From: Candidatus Zixiibacteriota bacterium
Lineage (GTDB): Bacteria; Zixibacteria; MSB-5A5; GN15; JAAZOE01
Reading direction: 5' to 3'
NCBI GenBank assembly: GCA_043819555.1
Contig: JBDREQ010000003.1
Location: 64,001 to 128,000, forward strand
Length of the DNA: 64,000 nt
Shown here: positions 43,890 to 53,424 of the stretch, piece by piece
Position numbering within the stretch: the stretch's first letter is position 1
Layout: each line of letters starts with the position of its first letter
Notes under the pieces: model-generated
Seen by the model: the letters and a program-made list of their open reading frames with translations, nothing else
Told to the model about the DNA's origin: nothing
The model's database searches: none
Program-made: the position numbers and the translations under genes

Positions 43890-44399
43890 CTATTTAATCC
43901 CGTTTTGCTTGTTGATTTTTCGAATAGCCATTATTCCGGCATTGCTTTTTAATTGGGCGTACTTAAGGTTATATATCTTTTCCCGACATTGTGAATAACT
44001 ATCAAACGCCAATAGCGCTGTCCGATCAATATCGGATTCAATTTCCAAATACTCCTGAAAAACCTTGTCGTTCGGATTCTGCTTTGATAACTCTTCGAGT
44101 ATTGCCATTTTAAGAAAGAATATAAATCCTGCCGCCTCCGCCGCAGAAAAATCCTGAACAGCTCTGATTTTATTGATGTTTTCACAGGATTGATAAATCT
44201 CGTCCCAGTTTGGAGAGCCAATCAGATTGTCATAAATATTGGCAATTTCGTGGTTGATCGTCGCGCCAACCGGGTTGGCAAATTTATTCTGTTCCTGAAA
44301 AAAGAAATTCGCACCGTCAGGCGGGTAAGTTTTCGCAATCTCCGAAAACCATCTTTTGAGTATCGCCGCTCTCTTTTTTTTCAAAAGAGTTTTTAGCAT
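43890..44399 (-). CDS. dsrT: DsrT (RsbRD N-terminal-like)
   Basis: FANPVG, IRAVQDFS and YSQCREKIY; directly upstream of dsrM. Confidence 0.92.
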   Translation of the reverse strand: MLKTLLKKKRAAILKRWFSEIAKTYPPDGANFFFQEQNKFANPVGATINHEIANIYDNLIGSPNWDEIYQSCENINKIRAVQDFSAAEAAGFIFFLKMAILEELSKQNPNDKVFQEYLEIESDIDRTALLAFDSYSQCREKIYNLKYAQLKSNAGIMAIRKINKQNGIK

Positions 44400-44440
44400 T
44401 TCGACCAATCACCGCAAAGGGTTTTTAGAAAACGCTGAGT

Positions 44441-44492
44441 AAAAAAAATTCGGGGGCATCGTAAAAAATCAAAGCGATGATGTCCCCCGAAT
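44441..44492 (-). terminator. Hairpin plus U-tract after dsrC
   Basis: Minus strand reads ATTCGGGGGACATC...GATGCCCCCGAATTTTTTTT. Confidence 0.7.
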
Positions 44493-44505
44493 AAGTCAGC
44501 AATAT

Positions 44506-44823
44506 TTACACACAACCGGTCGGTTTGGCCAAACCCGCCACTTTACAGGCGCCCTTGGCTGGCCCCGATGGAAATAGCTCATATACTTTCTTCAACGGAA
44601 AACCGGTCTCTTTACATAGCTTCCGAATCATAGGAGCGATGCCGTATTTGGCATAATATTCACGAAGATAATGAACGAGTTTCCAGTGTTCTTCGGTAAG
44701 TTCCTCTACGCCTTCAGTGCTGGCCAGAGCGTATGCAACCTGCTCGTTCCACACTTCAGGCTCTTCCATAAATCCGTCTTCATCGACTTCAATTTTTACA
44801 TCTTTCCATTCAAATGTTGCCAT
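44506..44823 (-). CDS. dsrC: Sulfur carrier DsrC
   Basis: DEDGF, LFPSGP and C-terminal C-X10-C (ACKVAGLAKPTGCV). Confidence 0.97.
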   Translation of the reverse strand: MATFEWKDVKIEVDEDGFMEEPEVWNEQVAYALASTEGVEELTEEHWKLVHYLREYYAKYGIAPMIRKLCKETGFPLKKVYELFPSGPAKGACKVAGLAKPTGCV

Positions 44824-44877
44824 TTTCTTGCCTCCGTTAAAATAAAATTACTCTATACTAATTCACGTTTATTCCAG

Positions 44878-46557
44878 TTAGTGCATTTCCAAATATCCGC
44901 ACGGGCAGTTTTCCGAGCATTTCTTACAGCCGTTGCAGTAATCAAGTTTGAATTTGTATTTTTCGCCCTTGACTAAAGGCTTAATAACGGCATTATCCTG
45001 GCACAAACTCCAGCAATTACCGCACTCAAAACATTCACCGCAGCTCATGCACCGCTTTGCCTCGCCGATCGCCTTTTCCTCGCTCCAGGTCTTGACTATT
45101 TCCGCATCTATACTTTGGAATCTTTCTTCAACCGGAATAGCATCGATACCGGTCCGTTCCAGCTTCTCATAAAACGGGAGATACATCTTTTCATACAAAA
45201 TTTTGGCTTGTTCCGGAGTCTCAACTTTTTCCCCGGTTATCGCCCCATGAATCGCCTCTGCGGCCAGACGGCCCTGTGCTATAGCCTGCACCGCCAGTCC
45301 CAAATTAATGTTGTCACCGCCGGAATAGGTATCATCGAGTTTGGTCTTGCAGTTATCATCTATCTTAATCCAGTCACGGCCTTCAATCAAAGCCTCAAAT
45401 CCGGTGAAATCCGGAGCCTGACTAATGGCGGCAATCAAAGTTGTAAATTCCAGTTCATAAGTGTCGCCTTCAATCGGGACTGGACGGCGACGACCAGAGC
45501 TATCCGGTTCGCCCAATTCCATCCGTTGACAGGTCATCGATTTGGCTGTTCCGTTATCAGATTGAATAGCGATTGGAGCCGCCAGATATACAATCTCAAC
45601 ACCCTCTTCCAACGCGCCTTCAATTTCCTCATCGATGGCCGGCATTTCTTCGCGCGTCCGACGATAGAGAATTGTCGCTTCCGCGCCCAAACGACGCGAA
45701 ACACGAGCGGCATCAATGGCCGTATCTCCGCCGCCTATAACCACAACTTTATTACCGATATCAACTTTTTCTTCCATATTGACCCGGCGTAGGAAATCTG
45801 TACCGGTCCAGACGTTTTCAGCATCTTCGCCGTCAACTCTGAGTTTCAAACCTTTATGGGCGCCGATACCGATAAAGATTGATTTATATTCTTTCCGCAG
45901 ATCATCCATGGAAATATCAAGACCGATTTTGGTGTTAAGCTTTAATTCCACTCCCAGATCGAGAATTCTCTGCATCTCGGCATCCAGAACAGACTGGGGA
46001 AGACGATAATCGGGAATGCCATAGCGAAGCATTCCGCCTGATTTGGGAAACGCTTCAAAAACCGTTACCGGATAACCGCGCCGCGCCAAATGATAAGCGC
46101 AGGTCATCCCGGCCGGGCCCGAACCGATGATGGCGATTTTCTCAGAACGTTTTACATCAGTCAACATTTTCGGAACCAGCTTTTTCTCTAAAGCAAAATC
46201 ACCCAAAAACCTTTCAAAACTGTTGACGCCGACCGGCGCTTCCAAAGCGGTTCGATTACAATCTGTTTCGCAGGGATGCGGACATACGCGGCCGCAGGTG
46301 GACAGGAAGGGGGTCGTCTCCAGAAAAATGTAAGCCGCTTCCTCTAAGGCCTGTTCATATGGTTTTTCCAAGGCTTTGGCCCGGGACACTGTCATCAATG
46401 CCTCGCGAATCCGGTTATGATTGGGGCAATTGCTGATGCATGGAGGAATCTTGGATATCTGTTTTGGCCGGAGCGGTGATGTTTCGACGCTTGATCCTCC
46501 GGATGAAAACGACCGACCCTTAATTCCTTTTTTCTTCGTTTTGACTATTTTAGCCAT
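44878..46557 (-). CDS. dsrL: DsrL Fe-S flavoprotein NAD(P)H oxidoreductase, DsrL-2-like
   Basis: GltD-like core (CGRVCPHPCE, GSGPAG, GGGDTA, YRR) plus RCMSCGECFECGNC and a C-terminal ferredoxin; lies between dsrN and dsrC. Confidence 0.9.
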   Translation of the reverse strand: MAKIVKTKKKGIKGRSFSSGGSSVETSPLRPKQISKIPPCISNCPNHNRIREALMTVSRAKALEKPYEQALEEAAYIFLETTPFLSTCGRVCPHPCETDCNRTALEAPVGVNSFERFLGDFALEKKLVPKMLTDVKRSEKIAIIGSGPAGMTCAYHLARRGYPVTVFEAFPKSGGMLRYGIPDYRLPQSVLDAEMQRILDLGVELKLNTKIGLDISMDDLRKEYKSIFIGIGAHKGLKLRVDGEDAENVWTGTDFLRRVNMEEKVDIGNKVVVIGGGDTAIDAARVSRRLGAEATILYRRTREEMPAIDEEIEGALEEGVEIVYLAAPIAIQSDNGTAKSMTCQRMELGEPDSSGRRRPVPIEGDTYELEFTTLIAAISQAPDFTGFEALIEGRDWIKIDDNCKTKLDDTYSGGDNINLGLAVQAIAQGRLAAEAIHGAITGEKVETPEQAKILYEKMYLPFYEKLERTGIDAIPVEERFQSIDAEIVKTWSEEKAIGEAKRCMSCGECFECGNCWSLCQDNAVIKPLVKGEKYKFKLDYCNGCKKCSENCPCGYLEMH

Positions 46558-46634
46558 GTTGAACTCTCTTGTTGAATATTATAGTATTTTTTGTCTTTAT
46601 ATCGACCGACAAAAAAATGCGATTTCCTTTACGT

Positions 46635-48065
46635 TTATGCGCACATGGCGCAATTCCGGCTCGTCCCCAAACTACCTCGGTCATTCTTTGATTTCCGAGA
46701 GTAATCACGGGCACGGGCAATAAATTCACCGGCCCATACAGGAACGCCATCAGCATGAATATGCGAATAGCACGCCAGACAATTTCTATATAATAAACCG
46801 TCGCGCCCATTACCCAAACCGACGCCACGGCTAAGATTCAAACAACTATTGACCTCGGAGCAACCCGAACTTACACCCGAATAATGAAACTCATGTCCCC
46901 GAATGGTTTTATCGACAGGGAAGAAGGGATTAGGTTTTTCGACCTTGAATTCCGTGTAGCCGTGCCCGACCGGTTTGACTTTCATCTCCAAATCAATCGG
47001 AAAAATTCCGGACATTAAATGCGTGTCATCATCCCATTTAATCGAGTGGCACAGATAGATCAAGCCACCGCATTCGGCATAAATCGGCATATAATTCTCA
47101 ACCGCCGATTTCACCGACTCCATCAGCGAATGATTCTGACATAACTTATCAGCCTGGGTTTCGGGAAACCCACCGCCGATATATAGCCCGTCGATATCAG
47201 GCAGAGTCAAATCAGCCAGTGATGAAATCGGAATTAGGTCGGCTCCATGACTTTCCAGAGCCTCCAGATTTTCAGGATAGTAAAAAGTAAAGACCGAATC
47301 GCTGAAATATCCAATCCGAATATTCTGCCGAGGCGATTCGGGATGTTCGTCTTCAATGATTTTCATTGGTGGTGCGGATTTAGCGATCTTGATGAGTTTA
47401 TCAATATCAATGTTTTTCTCGGCAATTTCGGATAATTTCGAGGCTACTTCAGTCCGTGACATGAATTCCGCAGGAGGAATAAGCCCCAGATGCCGTCCCG
47501 GTATCAACTTTGAGTCATCGCCTAATTTGGGGATAACGCCAAGAATCGGAATGTCACAATATTTCTCTATAGTATCTTTGATAATCTTTTCATGGCGGGA
47601 TCCGGCGATTCTATTGAGAATAACCCCGGCAATATTGACATTGCCGTCAAAAACCTGACAACCTTTAATTAAAGCGGCCAGAGTCCGGGTAGTTTTCGTT
47701 GCATTTACAACCAGTACCAGCGGAGCCTGCAATAATTTGGCAAGCTCCGCGGTACTGTGAGATCCTATAACGTTCTTTCCGTCGAAGAGGCCGCGATTTC
47801 CTTCAATAATGGATAAATCATACCGCTGCGCAAACCGCCCAAATGATCTTGCGACATTTTCAGGTTTGACCATCCAGGTATCAAGATTACGGCAAGGAAC
47901 CCCAGCGCAATTTGATAACCAGGCAGAATCAATATAATCGGGGCCCTTTTTAAAAGGAGCAACAGTCAGCCCTCTTAATCGAGCGGCCGTTATGACACCC
48001 AGGCTGACTATCGTTTTACCCGAATCGCCGGAAAAACCGGCGATTATTAAACGTGCGGCATTCAT
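46635..48065 (-). CDS. dsrN: DsrN siroheme amidase (cobyrinate a,c-diamide synthase family)
   Basis: GDSGKT, KKGPDYID, AECGG and GHEFHYS; follows dsrD. Confidence 0.92.
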   Translation of the reverse strand: MNAARLIIAGFSGDSGKTIVSLGVITAARLRGLTVAPFKKGPDYIDSAWLSNCAGVPCRNLDTWMVKPENVARSFGRFAQRYDLSIIEGNRGLFDGKNVIGSHSTAELAKLLQAPLVLVVNATKTTRTLAALIKGCQVFDGNVNIAGVILNRIAGSRHEKIIKDTIEKYCDIPILGVIPKLGDDSKLIPGRHLGLIPPAEFMSRTEVASKLSEIAEKNIDIDKLIKIAKSAPPMKIIEDEHPESPRQNIRIGYFSDSVFTFYYPENLEALESHGADLIPISSLADLTLPDIDGLYIGGGFPETQADKLCQNHSLMESVKSAVENYMPIYAECGGLIYLCHSIKWDDDTHLMSGIFPIDLEMKVKPVGHGYTEFKVEKPNPFFPVDKTIRGHEFHYSGVSSGCSEVNSCLNLSRGVGLGNGRDGLLYRNCLACYSHIHADGVPVWAGEFIARARDYSRKSKNDRGSLGTSRNCAMCA

Positions 48066-48094
48066 ACCCTTAGTTCCCTACCCAGATAAGGGAA

Positions 48095-48340
48095 TCAGTC
48101 GTTTGCGGCGCCTTCCCGGTGAGGAAGCTCTAAAAAACTGCCACCAAAATACGTATAAACGCACTTGCCTGAATTGACAAGTTCTTTGATAGCTGCTTTA
48201 CACAGCTTCTTATCAACCTCATCGCTATAAATTTCGGTCATGGCTTTACTCAGGTCTCCCGGTTTCAATTTCTTGATGCCTTGTGCCTCAGTGACCATTT
48301 TAAGCATGGCATCTGCAATTTCTTCAACGGTTTTCGCCAT
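48095..48340 (-). CDS. dsrD: DsrD-like small winged-helix protein
   Basis: 81 aa and Lys-rich, directly after dsrB, with ELVNSGKCVYTYFGGSF. Confidence 0.82.
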   Translation of the reverse strand: MAKTVEEIADAMLKMVTEAQGIKKLKPGDLSKAMTEIYSDEVDKKLCKAAIKELVNSGKCVYTYFGGSFLELPHREGAAND

Positions 48341-48349
48341 GTTCAAACC

Positions 48350-49420
48350 TCAATATGTTAAATGTGTAGAACGCTTATAAGTTAAACCGGCGTGCTTGAA
48401 GTCATCGATGTGCACTTTTTGGAACTCGATGCCGGACATACGGAAGAATTTCGGCCATCCGATTCGTTCGATCCACTCGCCCATGCGTTCATACTTATTG
48501 GCATTGGCCGCCCACAGTTCAACAATTTTCCTGATGGCATCGGTAACTTCCGGCCAACGCGGTGGATTGTTGGGCAGGAATGGGATAGCCAGTTTTGAGA
48601 ACATCGGTTCGTGGCGGGCATTAGAAACCTTGCCGCCAAGCCAAATCGAAACACCATCGTTGAGCGGGTCATTCATCGGCATTGCCGGACAAACTGTGTA
48701 ACAGTTGGCACAAAACATACAACGGTCTTCAATTACCTCAACCGAAGGATTTCCGTCAACCGTTGCCGGACGAATCGCCGCCGTCGGGCAGGAAGCGCTA
48801 ACACTTGGGATTTCACACATCTTTTTCACTTTGGTATGATCAATTTTCGGTGGACGACGGTGAATTCCAAGAATCGCGATATCCGAACAATGTACCGCGC
48901 CGCACATATTCAAACAGCAGGCCAGAGCAATGCGCAGCTTGCCGGGGAGTTTCATGTTTTCGAAGTACTCATGCAGATCATCCATCACAGCCTTGACAAT
49001 GCCTGAAGCATCAGTAGCCGCCGAGTGACAGTGCACCCAACCCTGAGTATGAACGATACTGGAAATGGAGTTGCCAATTCCGCCAACCAAGTGTCCCAGA
49101 GCCTTAACGTCGGCTATCAAAGGATCAATATTACCTTCCTTGGTCAAAAGGAATTCAACATTATGACGACTGGTGAAACGAAGAAAACCATCGCAATATT
49201 TCTCTGCCAAATCAGCATATTTGCGAATCTTATCGGTGCTGATCAAACGAGGTGAAGCGACACGGACACTAAACAATTTGTCGCCCGTCTCAGAAACATG
49301 TACCATAACGCCCGGCTTCAAAACTTCATGATAAAGCCATTTGCCGTAGTTTTCCTTAATAATCGGCGGCAAGAACTTATCATATTTTGGCGGGCCAATA
49401 TCTGTTAATCTTTCAGCCAT
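48350..49420 (-). CDS. dsrB: Dissimilatory sulfite reductase beta subunit
   Basis: [32 protein letters not shown] and IDD. Confidence 0.99.
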   Translation of the reverse strand: MAERLTDIGPPKYDKFLPPIIKENYGKWLYHEVLKPGVMVHVSETGDKLFSVRVASPRLISTDKIRKYADLAEKYCDGFLRFTSRHNVEFLLTKEGNIDPLIADVKALGHLVGGIGNSISSIVHTQGWVHCHSAATDASGIVKAVMDDLHEYFENMKLPGKLRIALACCLNMCGAVHCSDIAILGIHRRPPKIDHTKVKKMCEIPSVSASCPTAAIRPATVDGNPSVEVIEDRCMFCANCYTVCPAMPMNDPLNDGVSIWLGGKVSNARHEPMFSKLAIPFLPNNPPRWPEVTDAIRKIVELWAANANKYERMGEWIERIGWPKFFRMSGIEFQKVHIDDFKHAGLTYKRSTHLTY

Positions 49421-49478
49421 TTTTCAAAACCTCTATATTAGAAAGGTTAAAGTCTTGTTTACGTGGAGCGAAAATCAA

Positions 49479-50687
49479 TTATTCCTCACCCTCATCACCA
49501 TCATCTTCTTCAAAGTACTCTTCATAGAAGACATATGGATTTTCGCGCGGATGAGCGACCATTTCCGGAACCGGCTCGAGTCCGATTTCCTCAAGGAAAT
49601 TGCCCAAACCAACACGCTGGATGAATTCACCAATCCGCTCACGAGCTTTACCTTCTTCACACCATAGGTCGTGCATGGTTTCAACCAGGTCTTTTAAGTC
49701 GGTGTAAGGCGGTTCAGGTTTCCAGAACGGAATTAATACTGACGACAATAAAGCGCCTTCGACAATCGGCGCTTTCGAACCAAGCAGGACACAGGCGCCG
49801 CGATCTTTTCCGGGACGCAGGGCTTTGGGCATGGCGTTGATGCAATGCATACATTTGACACAGTACTCGTCTTGAATCTTCAGCTCTTTGCCATCCCAAT
49901 CCATACACTTTCCGGGACAATTAGCGACAACATCCCGCTGAATATTCATCCCGGCATCGGCATACTTCTTAACCTCTTCCTTGTTCATCTGGATGGCATC
50001 GCGCCAGGTGCCAATGATGGACATGTCGGCGCGGGCAATCGAAGCCACACAGTCATTAGGACAACCGGACATCTTGAACTTGAATTTGTACGGAAACGCC
50101 GGACGGTGAAGCTCATCCTGATAATGCATGGTCAAGTCATAAGTTAAAGCCAATGTGTCATAGCAAGCCCACTCGCAGCGAGCCGGGCCGCAACAGCAGC
50201 TTGGGGTACGAACGTCGGAACCGGATCCGCCAAGGTCAAATCCGGCCTTGGTCAAATCCTCAAAAACCGGCTCCAATGCTTCCGTGCGGCATCCCAGGAA
50301 TACGATGTCGCCGGTCGAACCATGCATATTGGTCAAACCGGAACCATGTTTGTCCCAGATATCGCAAAGCGTACGCAGAGCATCTGCGGTGTAGAACCAG
50401 CCGGATGGCTGATTAACTCGAATTGTGTGGAAATGAGAAATGCCTGGAAATTGCTCCGGCACGTCGGAATAACGGCCGATTACGCCGCCGCCATATCCCA
50501 TAACGCCGACGATTCCGCCATGTTTCCAGTGGCCGATTTTCTCATTGTAGGACAGTTCTAAAACTCCGAGTAAGTCGCGGGCCATAGGGCTGTTTTTGGC
50601 AGCCGTCTTAATTTCTTTTACAAAACTAGGCCACGCCCCCTTCTCGAGTTCGTCCAATTTTGGGGTGTTGGGGATTTGATCCGCCAT
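49479..50687 (-). CDS. dsrA: Dissimilatory sulfite reductase alpha subunit
   Basis: [33 protein letters not shown] and KMSGCPNDC. Confidence 0.99.
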   Translation of the reverse strand: MADQIPNTPKLDELEKGAWPSFVKEIKTAAKNSPMARDLLGVLELSYNEKIGHWKHGGIVGVMGYGGGVIGRYSDVPEQFPGISHFHTIRVNQPSGWFYTADALRTLCDIWDKHGSGLTNMHGSTGDIVFLGCRTEALEPVFEDLTKAGFDLGGSGSDVRTPSCCCGPARCEWACYDTLALTYDLTMHYQDELHRPAFPYKFKFKMSGCPNDCVASIARADMSIIGTWRDAIQMNKEEVKKYADAGMNIQRDVVANCPGKCMDWDGKELKIQDEYCVKCMHCINAMPKALRPGKDRGACVLLGSKAPIVEGALLSSVLIPFWKPEPPYTDLKDLVETMHDLWCEEGKARERIGEFIQRVGLGNFLEEIGLEPVPEMVAHPRENPYVFYEEYFEEDDGDEGEE

Positions 50688-50767
50688 TATGACTCCTTAT
50701 CTACTTGTGTTATTGGACTGTATAAAAAAGTTTCTATTTTCCACCCATAGTTTCTATAAATCCGAGA

Positions 50768-50785
50768 TTGTGCTTTTTTTCACAA
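50768..50785. promoter_or_regulatory. Rex-like operator 1 upstream of dsrA
   Basis: TTGTGCTTTTTTTCACAA, 2 mismatches to TTGTGAA-N4-TTCACAA. Confidence 0.65.
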
Positions 50786-50847
50786 TATCGAACATTTTTA
50801 CCCGAAACAGGACCAAAAAAATGAAAATCCGCTTTTCTTCTTCAAAC

Positions 50848-50877
50848 AATATAACCCAAATCCAGCGGCCAAGTCAA
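50848..50877 (-). promoter_or_regulatory. Putative dsrA promoter
   Basis: Minus strand TTGACT-N18-TATATT. Confidence 0.55.
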
Positions 50878-50884
50878 GCAGATT

Positions 50885-50902
50885 TTGTGAAAAATTTCAT
50901 TA
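50885..50902. promoter_or_regulatory. Rex-like operator 2 upstream of dsrA
   Basis: TTGTGAAAAATTTCATTA, 2 mismatches to the Rex consensus. Confidence 0.6.
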
Positions 50903-51096
50903 TCTTTAAAAGTGAACCAACGTTTGAAATTATAATATTTTTTGTTGAAAAGTTATTGTAACACATTATTATTCTGTGATTTATAAATAATACGACAGTT
51001 TTTAGCCATCTTATATGAAAGTCCTGAATCCCCGTCTAAAATCAAAAAGATGGTATGATTATCTATTCTCCGTAAATCATCGTAAAACCGGATAAC

Positions 51097-51130
51097 AAAA
51101 TCACCCTCCGAAAAATATTCGGAGGGTGAT
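51097..51130 (-). terminator. Intrinsic terminator after qmoB
   Basis: ATCACCCTCCGAA-aaata-TTCGGAGGGTGAT with a T-run on the minus strand. Confidence 0.8.
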
Positions 51131-51165
51131 AAGAAATACGGTTATTTTTAGTCCTATTTTGCCAA

Positions 51166-53421
51166 TTACATGCCTTTATATGGATTTGGCCCGACCTCTT
51201 CTATTGTCTCCAAAAAGTCATTGAAGATTTTTGGAATCTTATGATAATCGGAAAGGGCCAGCTCATGAATCTCCACGCGATCTTCTTCCAGTACCAGTTG
51301 CTGAAGTTTCTCGCGGACATTACTCATACGAGTATTGGCAAGTTCACTACCGCGGATAAAATGACATTGATAATCATCACCGCGCCGACATCCGATCAAT
51401 ATGACTCCGTCGAATCCCACCGACAGGGCGTCACCGACCCAGATTGAGTTCATAGATCCGAGACACCGCAGAGGAATGATGCGCACCATGGAGTTATACT
51501 GCAAACGTTTCAGCCCCGCCAAATCAATTGACGGCATGGCATCGTTTTCGCACACAAAGGCCAGAATTCGCGGTTTTTCCTCGAATTCATCGGGAATATA
51601 CACTGACTTAATCATCGATGATATCATATGCACAGAGTAATTCTTAAATGAAATTATCCGTTCCGGACAGGCGCCCAGACAAATCCCGCATCGACGACAA
51701 CGGAACGGATTTGGCTGAGGAGTTCCCTTATCGTCCTCGTCCAGCGTACCGAAAGGACATTCTTCTGTACACCGCTTGCACTGGGTACACTTCTGGAAAT
51801 TGAAATCCGGGTATGTTATATCACCCGAACGCGGATGAATCGCACGGCCCTCAGAAATGGCGTTGACCGCCTGAATCGATTTCATTGCCGCCCCATAAGC
51901 GTCATTGGCCGACGATCCGAAATCCATTGGCGCCCGAACCCCTCCGGCGGCAAAGATAGCCGTCCTTCTCGTTTCATACGGGAAACAAATGAAATGCGAA
52001 TCAGGGAAACCATACTTCAACGTCGGCAAATCGGTACCCTGGCGATATGTCAGGTTAATGATCTTCGCGCCTTCTTCTGCTCCCGCGGCTTCTTTCTTGC
52101 CGTCATCGGTCGTTTTGTCCTCAGCGGGTTTTTTCTCGCCCTCTAAACCTTTTTCAGATTCACCTTCAATAGCCGGCGCAACATCGTCAACCTTAGTTGT
52201 CGGAACCATGCCGGTCGCGAGAACCAGCATATCAGCCTTAACGCGAATATTTTCACCCAGCAGAGTCTCTTCGACATCAATCCGTATCTGACCATTTTCC
52301 GCGACCACCTGGGCCACTTCGCCCTTGGTCAAAAATATCCCATCGTCGTTTTGAGCATGAGCGTAAAACATCTCAAACTGGGCTGGCGACCGAACATCTT
52401 TATATATCACGTACACCTTGGCATCGGGATACATCTCGCGCACATACATCGCCTGCTTCAATGACACTCGACAGCAAACCGCCGAACAATAGGGGAGATG
52501 ATCCTGGTCGCGCGACCCGGCGCATTGAATAAAAGCAACGCTCTCGACCGCTTTTCCATCCGACGGTCTTTTGATCGCGCCCTGCGAAACCATCTCTTCC
52601 ATCTGGATATTAGTCACAATATCCGGTGATGAGCCATATCCCAGATGAGTCAGCTTTTTAGCTTCGTACGGCTTCCAGCCGGTGGCCAGAATAATCGAAC
52701 CGGCCTTCAACTGCGCCCCGCCGTTGCCGTTATTCAAGCTGACATCAAACATTCCCGGTTGTCCTGCCGTTTTGGCGACAGTCGTTCCGAGATAAATATC
52801 GATTTTATCATGCGCCTCGACATCTCTGATAAGCTGTTTATATCCGGAATCCTCAAGGCTTTGATATGGCGGATTTTTCGGAAAAACTTTTTTGAATTTC
52901 GTTGCCCATCCGCCCAATTTATCCTCTTTCTCGACCAGCGTCACCTTATGTCCGGCGTCAGCCGCCGCGCGAGCCGCAGTCAAGCCGGTAATGCCTCCGC
53001 CAATTACAAGGATGTCTTTGGAAGTGTCGTCGGTGAATGGTTCCGGAACTTCCGCGACCTTCATTGCCGCCACGCCCATCCGAACCTGATCTTCGCCCAA
53101 CATTTGCGTATCTTCATCATTTGGCTTTTGGCACCAGGCCACCTGCTCGCGCAAATTAGCCCGATGCGTCAATTTATCCCGCCCAAATTCAAACAATTCC
53201 GGGAATACCCGCGGAGAACATGCGCCAACAACGATGCGATTCAATTCTTCTTTCTTGATATCATCGCGGATAAACTGGACGCCTTCCGGACTGCACAGGC
53301 AATCATGGCCTTTGCATACCGCTGCGCCCTTCTCGGTTCCGGCCGCGAGAATTTTCTCTACATCGAGGGATTTGCCGATGTCACAACCCTTACAAACAAA
53401 AACTCCGATCTTTGCTTCCAT
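51166..53421 (-). CDS. qmoB: QmoB (HdrA-like flavoprotein with ferredoxin and MvhD domains)
   Basis: CAGSRD, GFPDSHFICFPYETRRT, CTQCKRCTEECPFG and a C-terminal MvhD domain (CENDA, RCLGS). Confidence 0.95.
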   Translation of the reverse strand: MEAKIGVFVCKGCDIGKSLDVEKILAAGTEKGAAVCKGHDCLCSPEGVQFIRDDIKKEELNRIVVGACSPRVFPELFEFGRDKLTHRANLREQVAWCQKPNDEDTQMLGEDQVRMGVAAMKVAEVPEPFTDDTSKDILVIGGGITGLTAARAAADAGHKVTLVEKEDKLGGWATKFKKVFPKNPPYQSLEDSGYKQLIRDVEAHDKIDIYLGTTVAKTAGQPGMFDVSLNNGNGGAQLKAGSIILATGWKPYEAKKLTHLGYGSSPDIVTNIQMEEMVSQGAIKRPSDGKAVESVAFIQCAGSRDQDHLPYCSAVCCRVSLKQAMYVREMYPDAKVYVIYKDVRSPAQFEMFYAHAQNDDGIFLTKGEVAQVVAENGQIRIDVEETLLGENIRVKADMLVLATGMVPTTKVDDVAPAIEGESEKGLEGEKKPAEDKTTDDGKKEAAGAEEGAKIINLTYRQGTDLPTLKYGFPDSHFICFPYETRRTAIFAAGGVRAPMDFGSSANDAYGAAMKSIQAVNAISEGRAIHPRSGDITYPDFNFQKCTQCKRCTEECPFGTLDEDDKGTPQPNPFRCRRCGICLGACPERIISFKNYSVHMISSMIKSVYIPDEFEEKPRILAFVCENDAMPSIDLAGLKRLQYNSMVRIIPLRCLGSMNSIWVGDALSVGFDGVILIGCRRGDDYQCHFIRGSELANTRMSNVREKLQQLVLEEDRVEIHELALSDYHKIPKIFNDFLETIEEVGPNPYKGM

Positions 53422-53424
53422 GGC

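Noticed and set aside
44878..46557. Glutamate synthase small subunit gltD
   Set aside because: No gltB is present; the C-terminal ferredoxin and dsr context indicate DsrL.
46635..48065. Cobalamin-pathway cbiA/cobB
   Set aside because: Its position after dsrABD and the lack of other cbi genes indicate DsrN.
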